From Patescibacteria group bacterium (GTDB lineage Bacteria; Patescibacteriota; Saccharimonadia; Saccharimonadales; VXPC01): a stretch of DNA of 64,000 nucleotides. Below are positions 1 through 7,593 of the stretch, in pieces; the stretch's first letter is position 1; the number at the start of each line of letters is the position of its first letter. The notes beneath the pieces are model-generated. The model saw only the letters and a list, made by a program, of their open reading frames with translations, did not search any database and was not told the DNA's origin. The stretch spans positions 3,528-67,527 of the forward strand of contig JBCCHY010000001.1 of NCBI GenBank assembly GCA_039028495.1, in the 5' to 3' direction. Position numbers and translations under genes: made by a program.

Positions 1-472
1 CGGCAGATATGGTGGCTACTTGGGCAACCCGTTTTTTGTCAGAACCAATGTCTTCGCGCATACCCTCTAGCGCTTTGAGTGCGTCTTCTGCAGCCGCCTC
101 GAGACCTTTCCTGAGTAGCATTGGGTTGTGGCCGGCTGCAATTAGCTTATTAGCCTCATTCAGGATGTGATAAGTCAACACAGTAACAGTAGTAGTGCCA
201 TCACCAGCCGCATCATTCATCTTGCTGGCAGCTTGTTTGATAAGTTCTGCACCGACCTTGTAGCCGTATGTTTCTGGGTCATTGTCAGCGAGCTCTACAC
301 CTTTAGCAACGGTCACGCCGTCATGAGTGATTGTTGGTGCACCGTAAGATTTAGCGATCACGACATTGCGGCCCTTTGGCCCCATAGTCGTCTTGACCGC
401 ATCGTAGAGAGCTTTTGCCCCACCCAGTAGACGCTCACGTGCGTCCGCATCATAAAATACTTGTTTTGCCAT
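1..472 (-). CDS. groEL: Chaperonin GroEL, 5' part (runs off window start)
   Basis: Manual translation from ATG at 472: MAKQVFYDADARERLLGGAKALYDAVKTTMGPKGRNVVIAKSYGAPTITHDGVTVAK...AGDGTTTVTVL. GGAGGA SD lies upstream and the gene follows groES. Confidence 0.97.
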   Translation of the reverse strand, partial: MAKQVFYDADARERLLGGAKALYDAVKTTMGPKGRNVVIAKSYGAPTITHDGVTVAKGVELADNDPETYGYKVGAELIKQAASKMNDAAGDGTTTVTVLTYHILNEANKLIAAGHNPMLLRKGLEAAAEDALKALEGMREDIGSDKKRVAQVATISA

Positions 473-487
473 TACTCTATATTCCTC

Positions 488-754
488 CTACTGCCCAACT
501 ACTGCTAGGACTTTGTCTTCTCGCACTAGTACATAGTCAGTACCACCATGCTTGACCTCTGTACCGCTAAAGCTTTCATAAATTATTTTGTCGCCCTTTT
601 TGACACCGACAACCATTGGACCGACTGACTCAACAGTGGCTGTCTTGGGCTTTTCCTGTGCACCCTCAGGCAGATAAATACCGCTGGATGTCTTTGTCTC
701 TGCTTTGTCAGCAGTTGCTAACACTAGGTTAGCCAGTGGTGTGATTGTACTCAT
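488..754 (-). CDS. groES: Co-chaperonin GroES
   Basis: PLANLVL...KTSSGIYLPEGAQEKP...VESVGP...VKKGDKIIY...GTEVK...YVLVREDKVLAVV. Start placed at MSTITP (754), downstream of the CIRCE box. Confidence 0.95.
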   Translation of the reverse strand: MSTITPLANLVLATADKAETKTSSGIYLPEGAQEKPKTATVESVGPMVVGVKKGDKIIYESFSGTEVKHGGTDYVLVREDKVLAVVGQ

Positions 755-773
755 CGCTGTTCCCTGTTTTATC

Positions 774-800
774 CTGGCACTCATACTACCCGAGTGCTAA
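774..800 (-). promoter_or_regulatory. CIRCE element (HrcA operator) upstream of groES-groEL
   Basis: Minus strand reads TTAGCACTC-GGGTAGTAT-GAGTGCCAG, versus the consensus TTAGCACTC-N9-GAGTGCTAA. It lies 20 nt upstream of groES. Confidence 0.93.
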
Positions 801-811
801 AAACAAGTCAA

Positions 812-1570
812 CTACGCTGCTGTTCTGGCAACATCAGGTGTATCGATAAGAGTGCTCGCATGCTCTATCCCACGGCTCAAATCAGTTACGGGGTTGCCTG
901 CAGCTCCTTCTACATAAGGAGCCAACACATGTTGTCTGAGTTTGTCTGTGTTGTCGTATCTGTTGTGTATCGCTGACCTAACGAAAGTTAGAATGTCATC
1001 AGTGAAAGGGGCCGTTCTTCTGTGGCCAGTTTCTGGCGTACCACCACCAGGTAAGTCAAAAACCGCAGCTTGAGATGTATCCTGACCGATTATTGCAAAG
1101 TTCTTTGTCTGCGCATCACCAAGCGATATACCTCGCGCATGCAATAACCCCATTGTGTGCGCAGTTGCACGAACGCTCTCATCAACCATAGAAGCCACCG
1201 AAGGCTCGCTCGGATCTGTTCTCATTATTTCCGCCAGCGTTACGAGGCCGGGTATGTGCTCTGTGACATGATATGTAGTCGATTGGCCAGCAGGTCTTTC
1301 TACGCTCAGTGACTTTAGAGTCAAAAACCCCATACCACTAAGAAGCTCATACATCGCTCTTTCGTGATGTGCATCTTGTTCTCCACCGAGGTAAGCGTAT
1401 GGCTTAACAGCGCGTATGTTCTTGCCCTCCTCACTAACAAAAAAGACGCCCTGTGCAGAACGAGACGCGGTCAGTGTGAGCCCGCCTTCAACAGCTGCTC
1501 CTGCATATGCATTCAAATAATCCTGCTGTAGTTGATTGCGGCTTTTATTACGCATGTCGGCTTGTTTCAC
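812..1570 (-). CDS. Protein-kinase-like fold protein (Kdo/WaaP/Bud32/RIO-like)
   Basis: Motifs AVKPY (VAIK-like), HE (alphaC Glu), HVTEHIPG (hinge), GLLHARGISLGDAQTKNF (catalytic loop with D and N retained) and VFDL (DFG-like). True start may be 1555. Confidence 0.6.
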   Translation of the reverse strand: MKQADMRNKSRNQLQQDYLNAYAGAAVEGGLTLTASRSAQGVFFVSEEGKNIRAVKPYAYLGGEQDAHHERAMYELLSGMGFLTLKSLSVERPAGQSTTYHVTEHIPGLVTLAEIMRTDPSEPSVASMVDESVRATAHTMGLLHARGISLGDAQTKNFAIIGQDTSQAAVFDLPGGGTPETGHRRTAPFTDDILTFVRSAIHNRYDNTDKLRQHVLAPYVEGAAGNPVTDLSRGIEHASTLIDTPDVARTAA

Positions 1571-2165
1571 CCCAGGAGACCAATGGAATTTCTAAAATTT
1601 TGGCGATTCTTTCTTCCTCTTCGTTTTGTGAAGTAGTCTTTATGGTATCTGCTAAACCGACGCCAATTTCACTTAGCATGCCATCACGAGCCTCTACCAG
1701 CTCAACAGGTGGTAGCAAGTACATTCTGACAGGCTCTAGCCTATCAACCACTATCTGTTCAGGAGTAATAGATCCGGGTAATACTCCATGGCTTGAAGAC
1801 AAAGCCGCTAGATCTGAGCCTAGTTTAGTTAAGGCTCTAGATATAACGTCTAGAGCTCCTACTTCTGGTTGCTCAAGACCACCTTGGCGCTCACCGCTTA
1901 CTTCGTTCAAGATGCCTAGCAGGCCATGTGCGTGAGGGGACAATCTGAGAAGCCTGCGGTCGTCTACCTGAACTAGGTCTTGGATGAAGTCGGATCCATA
2001 GCTATGTTCTGGATAAGCTACACTCCGGGGTATGCCTAAAAAAGTATCATCATCACCAGTCATCTGGCATAGCTCCACATCATTTGGTAGAGCTATGCCT
2101 CTGAACACTCTGAAAGCTGCCGGAGTTAGCGTATGCGAGACAACATTAGGGGTATGTGAAGCCAT
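1548..2165 (-). CDS. Hypothetical protein, possible degenerate kinase-like fold
   Basis: LGSDLAALSSSHGVLPGSITPEQIVV resembles the kinase LxxLHxxGIxHxDLKPENIxV segment without its catalytic residues. It overlaps the downstream kinase-like gene. Confidence 0.5.
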   Translation of the reverse strand: MASHTPNVVSHTLTPAAFRVFRGIALPNDVELCQMTGDDDTFLGIPRSVAYPEHSYGSDFIQDLVQVDDRRLLRLSPHAHGLLGILNEVSGERQGGLEQPEVGALDVISRALTKLGSDLAALSSSHGVLPGSITPEQIVVDRLEPVRMYLLPPVELVEARDGMLSEIGVGLADTIKTTSQNEEEERIAKILEIPLVSWGETSRHA

Positions 2166-2237
2166 ATCGGTATATACTAGCATAAATGCTTGGAAAAGTC
2201 AATCTATCCACCCCTGTTATGATATACTTTCCTACGA

Positions 2238-3101
2238 ATGACAAAAATAAACAAAAAAGTCCTAGTTAGCTCGGCAAAATGCTTTGCTGATGATGCTGCT
2301 ATTAACTCACACATGGACAGCTCCATTGCAATAGATCAACAAAAAGCGGTTCAGGAACACGGCGAAATTACCAAGGCATTTCGGGCAGCTGGGATAGAGG
2401 TCACTCACGTCGACGAACCATCCAATTGTCAGGATGGGGTATACACCGCCAACTGGGCGCTCATAAGAAACGGCACCGCTGTCATGTCTCGCCTACCAAA
2501 CGCACGAAAGAGCGAAGAAGCCCACGCCAAACAAATCTTAGAAGACCTGGGCTACGAGACTATTGTTCTAGCCGAGAACTCCCCTTTCAGTGGTCAGGGT
2601 GATGCACTTTTTTGTGGCGACTATCTCTTTGTCGGCACCACTTATAGAACGAGTCCTGCTGCCCAAGATGCGCTCGAAAAAACGTGGCCAGACGTAAAAG
2701 TAGTCAGGCTACAGACCATTCCTGAGCTCGATGCAGAAGGTATGCCTGTCATCAACCAGTATTCTGGCTGGCCGGACAGCTTTTTCTATGACCTCGACCT
2801 AGCACTAGCTGTAATTGACGAGAGCCTAATCGCTTGGTGCCCAGACGCTTTTGACACAGAATCACAAGAAAAAATACGATCAATAAACGATGTTGAGAAA
2901 ATAGAGGTTAGCCTAGAAGAGGCTAAGGAAGGCTTTGCCTGCAATCTCGTCAGCACTGGTGAGTACGTGATAATGAGCGACCGCGCACCCGGGCTAAGGA
3001 CTGAACTACTGCGACGAGGACTACAGGTCATTACGCCTAGCTGCACCGAACTCGTCAAAGGCGGCGGCTTTATCCGCTGTATCTCACTAACCCTTGAGTA
3101 G
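2238..3101 (+). CDS. Amidinotransferase/DDAH-like (arginine deiminase superfamily, pentein) protein
   Basis: DGVYTANWAL, RKSEE, FSGQGDAL, FACNLVS and ELVKGGGFIRCISL with the C-terminal catalytic Cys. Confidence 0.85.
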   Translation: MTKINKKVLVSSAKCFADDAAINSHMDSSIAIDQQKAVQEHGEITKAFRAAGIEVTHVDEPSNCQDGVYTANWALIRNGTAVMSRLPNARKSEEAHAKQILEDLGYETIVLAENSPFSGQGDALFCGDYLFVGTTYRTSPAAQDALEKTWPDVKVVRLQTIPELDAEGMPVINQYSGWPDSFFYDLDLALAVIDESLIAWCPDAFDTESQEKIRSINDVEKIEVSLEEAKEGFACNLVSTGEYVIMSDRAPGLRTELLRRGLQVITPSCTELVKGGGFIRCISLTLE

Positions 3102-3103
3102 GG

Positions 3104-4459
3104 TTATTTGTTTAGCTTTTTGAGCAGCTTTTCTGTTGTTTCGATTTCGTTCCAGGGGTGGACTTCCCACGGATTGTCATGGTCTTTTTCGCCGCCACTG
3201 CCTATGGCCCGCTCGATCGTCTTTTCGTGACCCTTGCCCAGCAGTATCACTGTATCGCCCTTTTTGGCTGTTTTGAGAGCGAACTCGAGAGCTTCAGTAC
3301 GATCCAGGATGAGGTGCAGGTCTTTGTCTCGTATTTTGCCTGATTTCTCTGCGCCACCGGCTATCTGGTCCATGATTTCATTACCGTCTACATCGCGGTC
3401 GTCCTCTTCCGTCACAATCACTACGTCGCAGTATTTGCCCGCTATTTCCCCTTGGGTGGCACGCTTGGCGACGTCGCGCCTGCCTGCAGAGCCAAATAGG
3501 CCTATTAGACGGCCTTTTACCACTGGTCGTAGATCAGCAAACAGCTTCTCAAAGCTATCCGGCGTATGGGCAAAATCAACGATCACGTCAAAGTTCTGGC
3601 CTACGTCAACACGTGTCATACGACCTTCTACACCGTGCAGAGATTTGATGCCATTCTCTATCTGTTTTTTTGTCAGACCGAGAGCACGACCGACGAGCGC
3701 GGCTGCCATGCTGTTGCTGACATTGAAACTACCTGGCAGATTGCAGGTGATGTTGTAGCTGTCGCTACCAATAACCATTTTGTACTTACTGCCCTTTGGC
3801 GTGAGTTTGAGCCCCACAGGTTTGGCAACATTCGGTCCAGCATTTTCGTCTAGGCTATAGGCGGCTACGTTTTCTACCTGGTCGGCGAAAAGAGCTGCAT
3901 TGTCATCGTCTGAGTTGATTACCCCTAGTTTGCGACCATTTTTGTTACGTCCTGCTAGTTTAAATAGTTTGAGTTTGGCATTCAGATAGGCCTGGAATGT
4001 CCCGTGATAATCCAGATGCTCATGTGTGATGTTCGTCATAACGGCAATATCTATTGGCACACCCATGATTCTAAACTGCGCCAGCGCGTGACTAGTGACC
4101 TCTAGTACTAGATAGTCCATGCCTTTTGCTTTCATAGTCTCGATCCGGCCCATCAGCATCCCAATCGGCTGAGATGTCATGTGGGCGATCTGCTGGGTAA
4201 TGTCATCGTTCACGCCGTAAGCGACAGTACTCATAAGCCCCGCGTCATAACCAGCATCAACCAACATTTTGTGTATCAAGTAGCAGGTGCTGGTTTTGCC
4301 GTTTGTGCCAGTCACACCGATCACTTTGAGATCGCGGGCAGGGAAGCCTTTGCGCACATTAGTGGCCAGGGCGACGCCGTAGTGTTTTGGCAAGACTGCT
4401 TTGTTATAGATGTTGCCTTTTAGGGCTTTTTCGGCGATTTTTTTAGCGTGACGTTTCAT
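3104..4459 (-). CDS. murE: UDP-N-acetylmuramoyl-tripeptide synthetase MurE
   Basis: GVTGTNGKTS, LEVTSHALAQ, TNITHEHLDYH, VDFAHTPD and GKGHE motifs. Confidence 0.92.
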   Translation of the reverse strand: MKRHAKKIAEKALKGNIYNKAVLPKHYGVALATNVRKGFPARDLKVIGVTGTNGKTSTCYLIHKMLVDAGYDAGLMSTVAYGVNDDITQQIAHMTSQPIGMLMGRIETMKAKGMDYLVLEVTSHALAQFRIMGVPIDIAVMTNITHEHLDYHGTFQAYLNAKLKLFKLAGRNKNGRKLGVINSDDDNAALFADQVENVAAYSLDENAGPNVAKPVGLKLTPKGSKYKMVIGSDSYNITCNLPGSFNVSNSMAAALVGRALGLTKKQIENGIKSLHGVEGRMTRVDVGQNFDVIVDFAHTPDSFEKLFADLRPVVKGRLIGLFGSAGRRDVAKRATQGEIAGKYCDVVIVTEEDDRDVDGNEIMDQIAGGAEKSGKIRDKDLHLILDRTEALEFALKTAKKGDTVILLGKGHEKTIERAIGSGGEKDHDNPWEVHPWNEIETTEKLLKKLNK

Positions 4460-4504
4460 GCCCCTAGTATAGCAGGGCTAGGCAACCTGAACCTCAAAAC
4501 CCTC

Positions 4505-4535
4505 ATCTGCTAGCAAGGAGGTTTTAAGGCTCAGA
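4505..4535. repeat. Dispersed 31-bp hairpin repeat, copy 1 (copy 2 at 60131-60161)
   Basis: atctgctagcaaggaggttttaaggctcaga versus atctgctagcaaggaggttttaagactcaga, 30/31 identical. Confidence 0.85.
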
Positions 4536-4546
4536 CTAGGCCTGAC

Positions 4547-7546
4547 TTACTCGTCGTCTTGTTCGTCGAAAAACGCATCAAAGGCCTCTTGCGCGTCTGA
4601 GTCTACTTGGGCACCGAGCAGCTCGTCTAACTCAGTTGCTGCATCCTCATCTGCAGGGCTACTGTCTTCGTTCGCGGAGTCTTCACCAGTGCCTGCTGCG
4701 GCTAACCATTCTGGGCCGAGACTACTTAGCCAGTCCGGGCCGAGCTTTGCTGATAGCCCATTGCGTACGAAAGCATCGGCTATCTCAGGACCGAGTTCGA
4801 TAGAGCCCTCACCGGCAGGTTTCCAGGCGTCTCTCTTACCTGCTACCACAGTTTCAGCACCAAGTGGCGATCCTGCGGTTTGGTTAATAAGTTGGCTAAA
4901 CGCACTGCCGAGTGACTCATCAGCTCTTGCCTGACCGTATACCAGGGCCGTAGCATCATCGATAGATATACCGAATAGTTCTGCGAGTGCTGCTGTATAG
5001 CTCTCCTGCTGACCAAACACGAGTACGTTGTCTTCTACTAGTCGACGTAGATCATCTGCCTTGCCCTCAGCTGCTGCTCTCTGGATAACAGCATCGGGTA
5101 GGTTATCTATAGCACCGCTGACATCTACAGACTCTAGGTCCTCTGCTGCAGGTGTCTCTGCCTGAGTCGGTACTGCTGTTGGCTCACCTTCGGCGCTGCC
5201 GCCCGCTGTCTCGTCCGACCTGTCCGGATCATCAATCGGCTGCTGGGCTTCGTTGCCTCCCCTGCCTGCAAAGGCAAGTCCTGCTAGACCCAAGCTGAAC
5301 ACTAGAGTTGCGGCACCTACTGCCTTTACAAGTCGACGTGAACGCTTTTTCTCACCGCTGCTACTAGCATCGTCTGTAGCAGTCTCACCAGCCCCAACTG
5401 GTGTATTACCAGCAACAACAGTTCCGCTTGAATCAGGAGTACCGGTGCCTACCGTGAGCACTGGGACTACTGCGGCTCTACTGGTCGGACTAGGTCTGTG
5501 CTGTTCGATATCTCCACCTATGAATGCATCCTGGAGCAACTGTCTGTAGTTTGACGTATCAAGAAGCCGCTCCTTCTCCCCGTCCCTCACGGCGTCGATA
5601 CTGTCTAGGAGTCTTTGTAGTTCATCTACATCCTCTGGTAATAGACCTTCATTCTCCAGTTTGTCCATAACTAGATGGTTAATCTGATGTCTACGCACAA
5701 GTGGGTCCTGGGACAGCTCCCTGCCGTCAATTAGCGAGAACATCTGCTTGATGTCCTTGTCTCCAAGCCCGTATAGCCCGGTAAAGCTGACGCCAAAGGT
5801 ATCATAAAATAAACCTGGTATGTTAAGTCTGGTGTCATCCGGTGACTCGGGTGTCACTGGCTGTACATCTGACACTGCAAGATCGGCGTTCCACCAGTTG
5901 GTACCAGGAACTGTCGCGGTGTCTTGTGGACGACTAGGTCGACTTAAGGGCCTACCGTCTATGTCAATTGTCACGCTGTCCCTGTGACCACCATTTTCTA
6001 AAATCTGTCTGGCGACTTGTTTGTAGCCACCCCAGCTATGGATGCCAGCCGGACTATCTTCGCTACCAAAGCCTAGTATCTCTAGTGCTATACCTTCGGC
6101 GCGTCCAGGCAGAATATCCTGTTTGACAATACCAGCATCCTTACGCATTTTCGGTACTAAGCTTAATGCGAGCAGAGCATCAAGCTGGGCATTACGCTCG
6201 TCACTATACACGGGCGCTAATTCTATGCCGTCCAAGTGCTCCGCGAAAGCTTCTCTCAGCTCGTCATCATCCATGAATTCAACGTCCCGTATGCTATAGC
6301 CCAGGACGTCTTTGGCAAATGTATCTAGAGCATCTACGTTCTGCCTGCTGATCTCTTCTGACAGATCTGGATCTTCACGTCTTGCGTCTATGATACGTAG
6401 CTCGTACAGCTCCTCAAGCGTTTCAGGTTCTGTTGTCACCAGTTCAGCACGCGGAACATCCATAGGTATCCCAGGTACGTCAACTACAAGGAGCTCTTCC
6501 CTAGTATAAGCTTCGTTCTGTGCGGCTGCGCCGAGGGCTTCGAACCTCTCGCGAACCTCTGGAGTAGTTTCAGGGTCTACTGATCTAGCTACCGCCATGT
6601 CGACTAGCCTGTCTTCGACAAGCTCTGTCAGGTCACCATCAAGACGCTCTATAACTGCTGTATCTACACCAAGCAGGTCAGCTGCCTCGCCCGCAGGTAG
6701 TTCAAAAATAGACTCTATGCCAACTATACCTAGCTCGCTGGCTAATTCTGAAATCTTCGGACCAAATTTTAGATCATCAGCCACCTCCGTTTTGGTGGGT
6801 TTGAGTAGGGCCTCCGTAGTTCTGTTCTGATGTTCACGCAGTGCAAGAGCGGTCGGATTCGGACCTCTGTCTGGTCTCGTGGGAACCACAATCTTTTTAG
6901 TACGATTTCGACCCGCAGATGCTGCTTGGTCTTTCTTGACAACTGATTGTGCTCGCACTAACGCCTCGTCATAAAAGCTCTTTGGTCTAGAATAGTCCGC
7001 CTCAATACCTAACACACTCGCTATCTCAGATATACCGGCACCTGCAGACAGGTCTAGCAGTGAAGCTTCTTCCGCGGCCCAGTCGTTAGCATTTGTTTCG
7101 CCACGTCTTAGTCTGCCGTTTTCTGCACCTTCTCTGGCTATTTCTGATTCTGTTTTACTGCCAAATATCTCTTGATAATCTCTGCCGGTGTCTACCTGGT
7201 CCTGGTTTTGGTGATTTCTTGCATCCGCAAGTAGTCTGCCCGCGTCAAAGCCCCTGATAGCAGAGCCGCCGACCCACGGAGTATATGCATCCATAAAAGC
7301 AGGTACGGCATCTAGGCCAGTCTCCCCTGCTAGGTCCAGAAAGCTATCTCTGTCAGCACCGCCTTGATTTGCAATCACACCATAAAGTGCATCTTGCGCT
7401 GAGCGTACAGCCAAATCATAGTCGGACCTTGATACAAACTGACCAGAGGTGTCATGAATGACCTCTTGACCATTACGACCAACAGATACATTCATCCCTC
7501 TAAGAGAGGCTACGGGTTCTGTCTGTCTTGATTCAAAATTATGCAT
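4547..7546 (-). CDS. Large acidic hypothetical protein with one predicted TM helix
   Basis: 999-aa ORF, D/E-rich. KKRSRR is followed by the hydrophobic LVKAVGAATLVFSLGLAGLAFAG. It has a canonical upstream promoter. Confidence 0.8.
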   Translation of the reverse strand: MHNFESRQTEPVASLRGMNVSVGRNGQEVIHDTSGQFVSRSDYDLAVRSAQDALYGVIANQGGADRDSFLDLAGETGLDAVPAFMDAYTPWVGGSAIRGFDAGRLLADARNHQNQDQVDTGRDYQEIFGSKTESEIAREGAENGRLRRGETNANDWAAEEASLLDLSAGAGISEIASVLGIEADYSRPKSFYDEALVRAQSVVKKDQAASAGRNRTKKIVVPTRPDRGPNPTALALREHQNRTTEALLKPTKTEVADDLKFGPKISELASELGIVGIESIFELPAGEAADLLGVDTAVIERLDGDLTELVEDRLVDMAVARSVDPETTPEVRERFEALGAAAQNEAYTREELLVVDVPGIPMDVPRAELVTTEPETLEELYELRIIDARREDPDLSEEISRQNVDALDTFAKDVLGYSIRDVEFMDDDELREAFAEHLDGIELAPVYSDERNAQLDALLALSLVPKMRKDAGIVKQDILPGRAEGIALEILGFGSEDSPAGIHSWGGYKQVARQILENGGHRDSVTIDIDGRPLSRPSRPQDTATVPGTNWWNADLAVSDVQPVTPESPDDTRLNIPGLFYDTFGVSFTGLYGLGDKDIKQMFSLIDGRELSQDPLVRRHQINHLVMDKLENEGLLPEDVDELQRLLDSIDAVRDGEKERLLDTSNYRQLLQDAFIGGDIEQHRPSPTSRAAVVPVLTVGTGTPDSSGTVVAGNTPVGAGETATDDASSSGEKKRSRRLVKAVGAATLVFSLGLAGLAFAGRGGNEAQQPIDDPDRSDETAGGSAEGEPTAVPTQAETPAAEDLESVDVSGAIDNLPDAVIQRAAAEGKADDLRRLVEDNVLVFGQQESYTAALAELFGISIDDATALVYGQARADESLGSAFSQLINQTAGSPLGAETVVAGKRDAWKPAGEGSIELGPEIADAFVRNGLSAKLGPDWLSSLGPEWLAAAGTGEDSANEDSSPADEDAATELDELLGAQVDSDAQEAFDAFFDEQDDE

Positions 7547-7593
7547 AGCTTTACCTAATATATATTAGCATTTTATTGACAGAAAGTCAATGT

